This document shows, one piece after another, positions 18,229-27,317 of a DNA stretch of 64,000 nt (positions are counted from its first letter, which is position 1; every line of letters begins with the position of its first letter). Made by a program: the position numbers and the translations under genes. Below the pieces are notes generated by a model that did no database searches, was not told the DNA's origin, and worked only from the letters and a program-made list of their open reading frames with translations. Source of the stretch: an uncultured Candidatus Saccharibacteria bacterium (lineage in GTDB: Bacteria; Patescibacteriota; Minisyncoccia; Phycocordibacterales; Zambryskibacteraceae); contig CAZSOL010000001.1 in the NCBI GenBank assembly GCA_964608585.1, forward strand, positions 75,666 through 139,665, given 5' to 3'.

Positions 18229-20120
18229 GAGAGGATTTTGAGTAAGTTTTTAAGTGAGAGAGTGGCCACTCCTACAACAGCATCAGCTCCTCCATAGTAA
18301 AGATAGATCTTGTCTCCACGTATGATGTTCCCACAAGGGAAGACCACCTTAGGTACAACCCCCTTCTTCTCATAATCTTCTTCTGGTTCAAAAAGTGGGA
18401 CTGCTGTACGAGCAAGGATATTAGTTGGATCTTTAAGATCTAAGAGGACGGCTCCAACTCTATAAGTACTTGTCTCAGATACTCCGTGGTAGAAGAGGAG
18501 CCAACCCTTAGGAGTTTTCATCGGAGGTCCAGAGATACCAACTTTGTGTCCATCCCACATACCACGTCTTGGTTGTATAAGTTCTATACAGCGGACAACC
18601 TTCTCCTTCTCAAAATCAAGAGAGCTCAATATATCGGCACAAACACTTTCGTTTATACGATGGAGGAATATGTATCCTGCAGGGGTCTTCTCCGGTATGA
18701 TGCTGGCATCTTTGTTTGTAACATCCATTGGAGTGATAATGATAGGCATACTCCATGCTCCCCACTTCTTCTTCAAAAAGTTTTCTTTAGAGATTTTGGT
18801 CACTGCGACTCTTGGTACATAGCCGTCATAGGCTGTGTAGGTCATAAGAATATCTCTACCTATCTGCATGAGTCTTGGATCTTCACAACCAGAGTTGCCT
18901 TGCTGATGCTTCTTCTCAAAGTCAGCACGAGGTGTGTAGATAGGCTCATCACTTCTTTCTTTGATGACGAAGCCGTCTTTACTTGAGGCGTATCCAAAGG
19001 TTGATGTGTCGTCATCACCCATAGCTCTATAGATAATGTGGATCATCCCTCCAAGGTCTATTGCTCCGGGGTTTAAGGTGCCGTGGGCTTCCCAGTTTTT
19101 GCCTTGTCTTGGGGTTATTATTGGGTTCCCAACAAAACGAGTGGTGAAGTGCTTCTTGTCAGGAAGCATGCTTTTTATAAGATCGTTTAGTCTTATGGTT
19201 GCTTTGCAGGAGTGAGTGTCTGCTCCACCATAATAGACCTCTAGGTTAGTTCCTTTTATAAGCGCTCCTGATGGGAAGACAATGTTTGGTATGAGTCCTG
19301 TGGTCTCATAGTATAGCTCTGGGACGAGGAAGGCTCCTTTGGTTCTACCTATGATGAGTCTTGGGTTCTTCTTATCAAGCAAGACTGCCTCAATACCGAA
19401 GGTGGTGTTGCCTTGTCCATAGTGGCTTATGTGAGAGTAGAGGACCAGCCAGCCAAATTTGGTCTTAAGTGGAGGTGCACCTAGCTCAACGTGGTCGTCT
19501 CCAAGTCTGTGGAAGTTTATGATGTGCGAGTCCTTCTCGCTGTACCACTTGTCCCAGAATTCTTTGGACCAAAGATCTTCTATCTTATTGAACTCGGCAT
19601 AAGCGATATTGGATGGAGGTCTGTCTGTGTCTATGGTAAGTAGGGCTGCATACTTACCATTAACCTTTTCTGGAAAGAGGCCCATAGCTTTAGCGTTGAA
19701 GGGGGTAACCAAGTGCTTCTCATCTACTGTCTTCATATCCTTGCTTATAGCCACAGCCACTTTGATATTGTCGGCATTGAAGGGGTAGTCTCCTAAGGCG
19801 GTATAGAAGGTGTAGTACTTCCTACCAATTTTTGTAACCCTTGGGTCTTCGCAACCAAACTTTTCAAAATCTTTTTCTGGAACGATGAAGGGGGCTCTGT
19901 CGAAGAAGTCCTTGCCGTTCTTTGTAGTAGCACGACCAATGATAGAGCGATGTATCTTAGGCTCTTCTAAAAGCTCTCTCTCAGAGAGTGCTCTGTAAGC
20001 AACATGAGTGAGAGCACCGCTCTTCACAGGAGACCAGTTGAAGGCTGCTGCCGCCTCCCAAGGGTGTTCTTTCCTTGGAGAGAGTAGGGGATTATCTTCT
20101 GATCTTTTTACAGTGAACAT
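18225..20120 (-). CDS. Tandem double GH130-family (PF04041-like) glycoside phosphorylase/glycosidase
   Basis: Two repeats of the NPLLSP...W..NP[SG]A...YRA core (AAAFNWSPV...HVAYRA and GTLNPGAID...IIYRAMG). Confidence 0.7.
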   Translation of the reverse strand: MFTVKRSEDNPLLSPRKEHPWEAAAAFNWSPVKSGALTHVAYRALSERELLEEPKIHRSIIGRATTKNGKDFFDRAPFIVPEKDFEKFGCEDPRVTKIGRKYYTFYTALGDYPFNADNIKVAVAISKDMKTVDEKHLVTPFNAKAMGLFPEKVNGKYAALLTIDTDRPPSNIAYAEFNKIEDLWSKEFWDKWYSEKDSHIINFHRLGDDHVELGAPPLKTKFGWLVLYSHISHYGQGNTTFGIEAVLLDKKNPRLIIGRTKGAFLVPELYYETTGLIPNIVFPSGALIKGTNLEVYYGGADTHSCKATIRLNDLIKSMLPDKKHFTTRFVGNPIITPRQGKNWEAHGTLNPGAIDLGGMIHIIYRAMGDDDTSTFGYASSKDGFVIKERSDEPIYTPRADFEKKHQQGNSGCEDPRLMQIGRDILMTYTAYDGYVPRVAVTKISKENFLKKKWGAWSMPIIITPMDVTNKDASIIPEKTPAGYIFLHRINESVCADILSSLDFEKEKVVRCIELIQPRRGMWDGHKVGISGPPMKTPKGWLLFYHGVSETSTYRVGAVLLDLKDPTNILARTAVPLFEPEEDYEKKGVVPKVVFPCGNIIRGDKIYLYYGGADAVVGVATLSLKNLLKILS

Positions 20121-20134
20121 AATTTATATTTATT

Positions 20135-21238
20135 CTACACCCTACCTTCGTTAGTAAGCCAGTTTAGTAATTCTTTTAAGTTGGCAGTAGCTGCACAGAT
20201 ATACTTGTCTCCTCCACCATAGTAGACATGGAGGTCGTCTCCTATGACCACTGCACCAGAGGCGTAGATTACTCCGGGTTTGCTGTCGTTCTCATAGTGC
20301 ATGTCTGGAGAAAGTATGGGGGAAGGAGATCGGTGGGTTATCTTGGTTGGATCATTTATATCAAGTAGCATCGCACCAAGTTTGTACTTATTGGGGTCGT
20401 TCTTATCCATCGCATGGTACAGAAGGAGCCACCCCTTGTCTGTCCTTATGGGTGGGGCCGCTGCTCCACGCATCCAGTTGTCCCAGTGAGTCTCTCGACC
20501 GCCTTTGGTAGGGGCATTCTGGCTTTGAATGAACTTGGTTCTCCCTAGAGAGTCAAGGTTTTCTACATAGTCTATCTTTATCTCTGGAGAGATGCTGTGT
20601 AGGATGGCGAATTTACCATCAATCTTTTCTGGGAAGAGTACCCAGTTCTTCTCCACGGTGTTTGGCGCAGAGAGGAAGAGAGGCTTCTTCCAGTTCCATT
20701 TGCCTTGCTTAAAGTCGGTGAGACCGATGGAGGTGAGAGCAATACGCACGGAGTGCCAGCCTTCAAAGGCTGTGTAGCTCATATACACCTTGTCTTCTAT
20801 CCTTACGGTGCGAGGGTCCTCACACCCTCCCCAGCCACCCCCAGACACATACAAAGCAGGGTTATACTTCTTCTCTCTTTCGTCCACTACATTGGTGGAG
20901 CTTGGTGTCTGATGATAAACGGGGTAGTTGTAAGGCTTCTCAAAGTTCTTGCCATCATCACTCCTTGCGTGGCCGATCTTTGAGAGACCATCTAGCCCTA
21001 TAGCTCTGTATAAGAGATGCACGGCTCCCTCGTCGTCCATAAAGGCTCCAGGGTTAAAGACGGAGTGTGTCTCCCAGTCGTTTAAGCCGTGTGGTGAGAG
21101 TAGTGGATTGTGAGCAACTCTCTGTAGAGGGAAGTGATGGGCAAGTCTTTTTATAGGCTCGGCAAGCAACCACAACACAAACAATAGGAAAACAATTATT
21201 CCCGCAATCAGAAGTTCATTGAAAAGAAGCTCACTCAT
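20135..21238 (-). CDS. GH130-family glycoside phosphorylase/glycosidase with an N-terminal TM anchor
   Basis: RVAHNPLLSPHGLNDWETHSVFNPGAFMDDEGAVHLLYRAIG. Confidence 0.7.
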   Translation of the reverse strand: MSELLFNELLIAGIIVFLLFVLWLLAEPIKRLAHHFPLQRVAHNPLLSPHGLNDWETHSVFNPGAFMDDEGAVHLLYRAIGLDGLSKIGHARSDDGKNFEKPYNYPVYHQTPSSTNVVDEREKKYNPALYVSGGGWGGCEDPRTVRIEDKVYMSYTAFEGWHSVRIALTSIGLTDFKQGKWNWKKPLFLSAPNTVEKNWVLFPEKIDGKFAILHSISPEIKIDYVENLDSLGRTKFIQSQNAPTKGGRETHWDNWMRGAAAPPIRTDKGWLLLYHAMDKNDPNKYKLGAMLLDINDPTKITHRSPSPILSPDMHYENDSKPGVIYASGAVVIGDDLHVYYGGGDKYICAATANLKELLNWLTNEGRV

Positions 21239-21596
21239 TTTTTACTCGCCCATACTTGTCTTCTAATCGCACAATATCGTCCTCATCAAACCCTCCAGTA
21301 GAGACCTCAAGTACTACAACCTTCTCGCTTCCGGCGGTTATCCTGTGTTTGGTGTTTGGTGGGATGACGAAGTTCGCGTTTGGTTTGATCTCAAACTTTT
21401 CTTCGCCTATCTCTATGGTTCCGGAGCCGGATATAACATACCAAGCTTCTGTGCGCTTCTCGTGATACTGGAGGCTGAAGGCTTCGTTCGGATTTACTTC
21501 CAATATCTTAACTGTTGAAGGAGAGTCCTTGGTAAATTGGATGAACTTACCCCAAGGTCTAGAAACTTCAAAATGCGAGTCGTGTGTAAGGCTCAT
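21231..21596 (-). CDS. Stand-alone cupin related to the C-terminal domain of type II phosphomannose isomerase / mannose-1-P guanylyltransferase
   Basis: RPWGKF...SLQYHEKRTEAWYVISGSG...KHRITAGSEKVVVLEVSTGGFDEDDIVRLEDKYGR. Confidence 0.75.
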   Translation of the reverse strand: MSLTHDSHFEVSRPWGKFIQFTKDSPSTVKILEVNPNEAFSLQYHEKRTEAWYVISGSGTIEIGEEKFEIKPNANFVIPPNTKHRITAGSEKVVVLEVSTGGFDEDDIVRLEDKYGRVKNE

Positions 21597-21647
21597 TAGC
21601 CTTTATTTTATAAGGATTTTTGGCTTATAGCTAGTCTTGGCTGTGTA

Positions 21648-22145
21648 TTACTTTCTGAACCTCTCCACATCATTCTTCCAAGCCTCTCTGGTGATTGGTC
21701 CAACTATCCCTTCTGGCTCTATACCGAGTGACTCTTGATACCTCTTCACACTCTCTAGAGTTACTTCGCCAAAGTAACTAGTCAGCTCTTCTTCCTCAGG
21801 CCAGAACCCTTTCCACATTAAGAAATCTTGGAGGAGCAAAACCTCTCTACTTCTCTCACCGAGAACCAAGCTTCTCTCTGGCACCTCAAACGAGGGGGGT
21901 GGGGTTCTCTTAGTGTGGTTTATAAGAGCTGGGGCTACGTCTCTGTCGATCTCTTCAAACACCAAGGTTACGTTGTGGACAAATATGTCGCCAGAGACGA
22001 TAAGACCAAGTACTCCAACTAGGAGCAAGAAGTGTAGTGAGTGAGTGGATAGGTGTTTCCTTGTGAAAGTCCTAAAGGAATTCATTACAAATATTGTACC
22101 AAAGAAATTTGATTTGAATCGTATTTTTGGTATGATTTTCCACAT
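21648..22145 (-). CDS. Membrane-anchored protein with a C-terminal peptidoglycan-binding (PG_binding_1-like) domain
   Basis: VLLLQDFLMWKGFWP...SYFGEVTLESVKRYQESLGIEPEGIVGPITREAW. Confidence 0.55.
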   Translation of the reverse strand: MWKIIPKIRFKSNFFGTIFVMNSFRTFTRKHLSTHSLHFLLLVGVLGLIVSGDIFVHNVTLVFEEIDRDVAPALINHTKRTPPPSFEVPERSLVLGERSREVLLLQDFLMWKGFWPEEEELTSYFGEVTLESVKRYQESLGIEPEGIVGPITREAWKNDVERFRK

Positions 22146-22218
22146 TCCGCGTTAGCTCAGTTGGTAGAGCGCCTCCCTGTTAAGGAGGATGTCCTAGGTT
22201 CGAGCCCTAGACGCGGAG
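22146..22218 (+). tRNA. tRNA-Asn (anticodon GTT)
   Basis: Cloverleaf: acceptor TCCGCGT/ACGCGGA, D-arm GCTC/GAGC, anticodon stem CCTCC/GGAGG with loop CTGTTAA, T-arm CTAGG-TTCGAGC-CCTAG; no encoded CCA. Confidence 0.85.
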
Positions 22219-22223
22219 CTCGG

Positions 22224-22691
22224 TTAGCCTCTTAGCTTGTTGTATCTCTCAATCCAATACTTGAGAAGTTCTTTAGGAGTACCTCCAGAGAAGAAGCTTC
22301 TACGATGATATAGGTATATTGTGATCCCGATAGGGAGTAGAGCCACTACTGGGTTTATAGCAAAGCTGACAACACTCACTCCTCCATAGAGCCACAAGGA
22401 CCACTCGCGCTTCTTCATCATCCCGTAACCAATAGAGAGCATAAGCAGACCTGTAATGAGTCTCAATATATAGAAGGGGAGCAGCATCTCTTGCGGACTC
22501 ACAATGTCGGCTAGGATAGAGGCCACGATACTGAGACCTCCTAAGGCAGATAAGAGAGAGATGATTCTTATAGGTAGTGGGAGATTGTTTTCCGGTATGG
22601 AGATGTTGAGGGTCTTGCTGATTTCCTCCACCTTCTTCTCTTCTGTTTGTGTCATAAGCTTAAGCATTATATCAGAGTGGTTATAAAGCAA
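22224..22691 (-). CDS. Polytopic membrane protein, hypothetical (155 aa)
   Basis: Four hydrophobic helices; no known motif recognised. Confidence 0.45.
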   Translation of the reverse strand: MLYNHSDIMLKLMTQTEEKKVEEISKTLNISIPENNLPLPIRIISLLSALGGLSIVASILADIVSPQEMLLPFYILRLITGLLMLSIGYGMMKKREWSLWLYGGVSVVSFAINPVVALLPIGITIYLYHRRSFFSGGTPKELLKYWIERYNKLRG

Positions 22692-22741
22692 AAACCCGCT
22701 AATTAGCGGGTTTTTGCAATCTCAACTCTTAGGGTTAGATC

Positions 22742-23125
22742 TTACCAACCTAGGAGGCTAAGCCAGTTTTGAGAGTTGAAGTGGGAGTGCATAGCGATTT
22801 TGGTTAATGGGCCAAAATAACCACTTGCGGGGAAGACCCCTTGAGCCGATTGGTATCGCGCTAGGGCTCCTTGTGTTAGTTGTCCGAAGTATCCCAGTGG
22901 CACACCTCGTGGCACCTCAAGATATCCTAACTCAGAGAGTAACCCTTGTAGCACCACCACATCTTGCCCAGTAGAGCCTATTGTCATGTCTCGGCCAGAG
23001 AGGATGTTTACTTCCTTGGCTGAGACAACGTGCACTGTGGCAATGGCAAATATCATCAAAGACACTATGCCGGCCACAACGAATATTCTGTTTTTCATGT
23101 GTGTTAGCAACTTAAACACACTCAA
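22742..23125 (-). CDS. Signal-anchored protein with a peptidoglycan-binding (PG_binding_1-like) domain
   Basis: DVVVLQGLLSELGYL...GYFGQLTQGALARYQSAQGVFPASGYFGPLT. Confidence 0.55.
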   Translation of the reverse strand: MSVFKLLTHMKNRIFVVAGIVSLMIFAIATVHVVSAKEVNILSGRDMTIGSTGQDVVVLQGLLSELGYLEVPRGVPLGYFGQLTQGALARYQSAQGVFPASGYFGPLTKIAMHSHFNSQNWLSLLGW

Positions 23126-23414
23126 CTGTTGAGTATGTCTTTGTAGTAATTTAACTTGTAACGTCTACTTTCTTTCCTTGAGAGTCTGTAATGAGTTAAC
23201 GAATTAAGTTGAACCGAAATAGATTTATCTACCGTTCATTCTGTTTGAGACGATAGACTTGGGAAGAGCGACTATTGTCCACTAAGCCTATAGTCCAATG
23301 CAACCATATCTGACTGGCTAAATCAAACCAAACTATGGATAAGCTGTGGAAAACATGTGGATTTCTTCAAATTGTGAGTAATAGACTTTTTCTGTGTTAT
23401 TCTAGAGCACAAAT

Positions 23415-24284
23415 ATGTCCGAGAAGGTCTCTCTTCACAGGAGTTTGGTCATCATAGCTTCTTTTGTGGTGGTTACCTTTCTAGTTGCTGGTTTGTACTT
23501 CTATACCAAGCTAAATGGGGAGAAGAACGATCTAAGTAATAAGTTAAGTCTTACAAGAGCCGACTTGACGGAAGCTCTGGAAACAAATTTGAAGTTAAGT
23601 GAGGAGCTCAACATTGCCAAGGGAGATATAAACGAATACAGCTCTCAGCTAGAGAGTACTCTAGAGAAGTTTAAGAAGCTTGCTGAGACAGACGATGAGC
23701 TCTTGAAGCAGTATTCCAAGGTTTATTTCTTAAACGAGAACTACGTACCAAGAGGTCTTACTGAGATAAGTCCACTCTTTTTATCCAACCCAACCAAACC
23801 CCAGCAGATTTTGGTATTAGTATATCCATTTCTCCAGAGACTGCTTGAGGAGGCAAGAGCTTTTGGTATGGACTTGAAGATTTTGTCGGCGTACAGATCC
23901 TTTGGCGAGCAGACAGTTATCAAGGACTCTTATACAGTGACGTATGGAGCTGACACCGCCAACAGCTTCTCGGCTGATCAAGGATACTCTGAGCATCAAC
24001 TTGGTACGACCGTTGACTTCACCACCTCAAAACTTGGCTCAAACCTATCAAATTTTGACGAGACGAAGGAGTATAAGTGGTTACTAGAGAAGGCGTGGGA
24101 GCATGGCTTTGTTCTAACCTATCCTGAGGACAATCCTTCGTACATCTACGAGCCGTGGCATTGGAGGTTTGTCGGTGTAGAGCTTGCCAAGAGACTCTTT
24201 GAGGAGAAGCAAGAGTTCTATACTCTTAGACAAAGACAAATAGATGCTTATCTTCTAAATCTTTTTGAAAGTGAGGTTGAATAG
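23415..24284 (+). CDS. VanY/M15B-family D-alanyl-D-alanine carboxypeptidase, membrane-anchored with a coiled-coil linker
   Basis: SAYRSFGEQ, SEHQLGTTVDF and EPWHWRFVG motifs. Confidence 0.75.
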   Translation: MSEKVSLHRSLVIIASFVVVTFLVAGLYFYTKLNGEKNDLSNKLSLTRADLTEALETNLKLSEELNIAKGDINEYSSQLESTLEKFKKLAETDDELLKQYSKVYFLNENYVPRGLTEISPLFLSNPTKPQQILVLVYPFLQRLLEEARAFGMDLKILSAYRSFGEQTVIKDSYTVTYGADTANSFSADQGYSEHQLGTTVDFTTSKLGSNLSNFDETKEYKWLLEKAWEHGFVLTYPEDNPSYIYEPWHWRFVGVELAKRLFEEKQEFYTLRQRQIDAYLLNLFESEVE

Positions 24285-24300
24285 GGTAAAATGTGACTAA

Positions 24301-25686
24301 ATGATTCCCAATTTCTCGCCTTGGATAAAGCAACTCAATCGCACAAGGCCAGTGGTTCCATTAGATCAAGATCTTTCTACAGATGTAGCCATCGTTGGTG
24401 GAGGTATTGCCGGAGTGGTTACAGCTTTCTTTACTCTTAGAGATACACTAAACAAAGTTGTGCTTATAGAGGCAGACAAGGTGGCGCATGGAGCCACCGG
24501 TCACAATGCGGGGCAACTTGCTAGTTACTTTGAGAGACCGCTGCCTAGTATGGTAGAGGAGTTTGGTGAGAAGCTCGCCCTAGAAGCAGTGCGTGATGTT
24601 GAGTCAGCTTGGCTCTTGCTGGACGAGATAGTAGATGAGACTAAGATTCGCACCCCAATACATCGTTTTACCGGTTACGCTGGTGTAACGGATATGGGCA
24701 AGCTTTTGGATTTCTTAGAGTCCAATAAGTATCGTGAGAGGAATGGGATACCAAGAGAGTCAATAATTATTTCCGAAAGCTGGGAAGAGCTTAAGGACAT
24801 ACCAGAGGAGTACCAACCTTTTTACTCTGTTGCCAAGCATGAGGATATTCTGGGTCTTTTGGACACTAACAATTCTAACTTTATTGCTTGTGTGTCTTAC
24901 CAGAAGGGGTGTACCAACAGCGCTTTATTGACCGAGGAGTTGATCGGCTATCTTATAGCCAATTACAAAGACAGATTCTCTTTTTTTGAAGAGAGTCCTC
25001 TGAAGATTGTTAGGTTAGACGAAGACTCTGCCAAGCTTGAGGTGTTGAACAAAACTATTAGTGCCAAGCGAGTAGTGCTTTGCACCAATGGATTTGAGAA
25101 CTTCTCTATAGACAACAACGTTGGCCAAGACATCAACACTGAGTTCCATCACTCTGTGGCAGGACGTATTGGCTATATGGCTGGCTATATCCAACCACTA
25201 AACCACCCTCCAACAGCTATTAGTTATTTTTTGAAAGATAAGATCGGAGGAAGCGACCCCACAGGAGACACCTACTTTTACCTCACTCGTCGTCCACATG
25301 AGAATGAGGGTACCGAAGACATAGACTTCAATCTTGTCTGTGCTGGTGGTCCTGAGAAGGTACTACCCAATTGGGCTCTATACTCTCGGGCTCATGCTTG
25401 TGACGAGGATGTGAGACAGAGTATAGATGACTTCCTTGAGACAAATTATGGTAAACATCAAAGGGATACCGAGTACGCCTTCTGTTGGCACGGTCTTATG
25501 GGTTATACACCAAGTGGGGTTAGGAGGATCGGTCCGGAGCCACTAAATCCAGTACTTTTGTACAACTTGGGGTGTAACGGAGTTGGCATCTTACCCTCCA
25601 TTTTTGGCGGGAAAAAGATTGCTAGGTTTTTAAACGAAGAGAAGATGGAAGTTTCAATCTTTGACCCTCATGACCAGAGCAAATAA
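24301..25686 (+). CDS. FAD-dependent oxidoreductase (DAO family)
   Basis: Rossmann dinucleotide motif VAIVGGGIAGVVTA near the N-terminus. Confidence 0.6.
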   Translation: MIPNFSPWIKQLNRTRPVVPLDQDLSTDVAIVGGGIAGVVTAFFTLRDTLNKVVLIEADKVAHGATGHNAGQLASYFERPLPSMVEEFGEKLALEAVRDVESAWLLLDEIVDETKIRTPIHRFTGYAGVTDMGKLLDFLESNKYRERNGIPRESIIISESWEELKDIPEEYQPFYSVAKHEDILGLLDTNNSNFIACVSYQKGCTNSALLTEELIGYLIANYKDRFSFFEESPLKIVRLDEDSAKLEVLNKTISAKRVVLCTNGFENFSIDNNVGQDINTEFHHSVAGRIGYMAGYIQPLNHPPTAISYFLKDKIGGSDPTGDTYFYLTRRPHENEGTEDIDFNLVCAGGPEKVLPNWALYSRAHACDEDVRQSIDDFLETNYGKHQRDTEYAFCWHGLMGYTPSGVRRIGPEPLNPVLLYNLGCNGVGILPSIFGGKKIARFLNEEKMEVSIFDPHDQSK

Positions 25687-25700
25687 GTTATAATAAGTAT

Positions 25701-26072
25701 ATGAAAACCAATATCAAAGCAACCAATATAGAGCTGACGGAAGCCATTAGAGAGTATGCAATGAAGAGGTTATCTAAGTTGGACAAATATTTAAGCGATG
25801 ACGTTGTGGTGTCCGTAGAGCTTGGCAAGACCTCTGACCACCACAAACAAGGAGATATCTTTAGGGCTGAGGTTCAAGTGTTGGGAGATGGTTTGGATCA
25901 TTATGCTTCTCGTCAGTCAGATAATTTGTATACAGCAATAGATCAAGTAGAGGGTGACATCGTCCAAGAGGTTACCAAAGACAAGAGCAAGAAACGCCAA
26001 CTATTGAGAAGAGGTGAGAGAGCTATCAAGGATATGATGAGAGGCTTTCCTTGGTTTGGCAGGAAGAGTTAG
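25701..26072 (+). CDS. hpf: Ribosome hibernation-promoting factor (RaiA/HPF family)
   Basis: MKTNIKATNIELTEAIREYAMKRLSKLDKYL; 123 aa. Confidence 0.8.
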   Translation: MKTNIKATNIELTEAIREYAMKRLSKLDKYLSDDVVVSVELGKTSDHHKQGDIFRAEVQVLGDGLDHYASRQSDNLYTAIDQVEGDIVQEVTKDKSKKRQLLRRGERAIKDMMRGFPWFGRKS

Positions 26073-26788
26073 TGCTTGCCTCGCAGGTAGTCCTTATAAA
26101 CCATCTCCTTCTTACCTGGGGGGATAACTCTGTCTAACACAAGCTTACCGTCTTCAATATGTGCATCAGTGACAATGAGATCTCCAAGACGTGCTCTAGG
26201 CCAGACTTCGTAGGCACGAATCTTTCTTAAAGCTTGCTCTGGGGTGTCGTTGGTGATATCCGAGTCCTCCTTCTTTATCATCTTGGTATAAGTTGCAAGA
26301 GAGTCATCTTGAGACACTTCTTCTATCTCACCACTCAACCACTTGGGTAGTACTTCTGCTAAGAGTTCTCCTCCTGACTTACCGAGTAATTCCTCAGCCT
26401 TAGAGTAGGGTGTTGGGTCTTCTGGCATCTCAACTTCTCTTTGAGCTAAGACAGGACCTTGGTCCATCTTTTCGTTTAAGCGCATAATACTGACACCAGT
26501 CTTCTCACCAGAGAGTATTGCTCCTTGTATAGGAGCTGGGCCACGAAGTTTGGGCAGGAGGGATGGATGAACGTTTAAGGTTTTGAACTTTGGTTTATAT
26601 ATGAGTGACTCTGGTAGTATTTTGCCAAAGGAGGCTACTACATAGACATCTGCATCAGGTATTTCTGGTAGTGGTCCCTTGGCTTTGTTTATGCAAAGTT
26701 TGGGTTCAAAACCTTTTTCTCGCAAAGTGTTCAAAACGTATTCAGAAAACTTAGAAGAGCCAAAGAAGACAAAGTCTATGTTACTCAT
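26069..26788 (-). CDS. fmt: Methionyl-tRNA formyltransferase, compact (239 aa from the MSNIDF start)
   Basis: NVHPSLLPKLRGPAPIQ catalytic motif; def-fmt synteny; start taken at the second in-frame Met to avoid overlap with def. Confidence 0.8.
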   Translation of the reverse strand: MSNIDFVFFGSSKFSEYVLNTLREKGFEPKLCINKAKGPLPEIPDADVYVVASFGKILPESLIYKPKFKTLNVHPSLLPKLRGPAPIQGAILSGEKTGVSIMRLNEKMDQGPVLAQREVEMPEDPTPYSKAEELLGKSGGELLAEVLPKWLSGEIEEVSQDDSLATYTKMIKKEDSDITNDTPEQALRKIRAYEVWPRARLGDLIVTDAHIEDGKLVLDRVIPPGKKEMVYKDYLRGKH

Positions 26789-27317
26789 GATGTTTGTGTG
26801 GAGGTAAGTCCTCAAGGTCAGACGCCTTGTCGGTAAAGAGAACTCCGTCTAGGTGGTCAACTTCGTGTTGGAAGATTTGGGCCAAGAGTCCAGAGGCCCC
26901 CCTCGCCACCTTGTTGCCATGCTCGTCCAACGCCTTGATACTAGCTCTTTCGTGGCGCACCACCTTGCCGTAGAGCCAGCGCACAGAGAGACATCCTTCC
27001 TCCATGCTCTTCTTCTTTTTTGAGAGCTTGGTAATCTCTGGGTTGATGAAGACAAGATCTGGATAGACCTTCTCTTTGTCCTTATCTTTCATCGCTTGGA
27101 CTTGGCCAGAGACCACGAAGATCCTTAGACTCTCACCAATCTGAGGGGCTGCTATAGCTACCCCGTCCTCCTCTCTATGCATGGCGATCTTCATCCTTTC
27201 TATGATGTTTTGGATCTTTTTGGTGCCAATAACTTTTTGGGGTACTTCCTTAGCTATCTCCCTTAGGACGGGGGAGTCTTTTTGCAAAATCTTTGTCTTT
27301 TTTGTTTCTTTTGGCAT
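26781..27317 (-). CDS. def: Peptide deformylase
   Basis: GVAIAAPQIG, EGCLS and HEVDHLDG motifs. Confidence 0.9.
   Translation of the reverse strand: MPKETKKTKILQKDSPVLREIAKEVPQKVIGTKKIQNIIERMKIAMHREEDGVAIAAPQIGESLRIFVVSGQVQAMKDKDKEKVYPDLVFINPEITKLSKKKKSMEEGCLSVRWLYGKVVRHERASIKALDEHGNKVARGASGLLAQIFQHEVDHLDGVLFTDKASDLEDLPPHKHHE

Noticed and set aside
22146-22218. tRNA-Asn considered as an integration hotspot for a mobile element
   Set aside because: There is no integrase, direct repeat of the tRNA 3' end or compositional shift downstream. Adjacent genes are ordinary envelope proteins.
23320-23460. 45-codon ORF starting atggataagctgtggaaaac in the 23126..23414 spacer
   Set aside because: It overlaps the start of the VanY-like gene in another frame, has no SD, and coincides with the DnaA-box-like motifs. 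It is likely non-coding.
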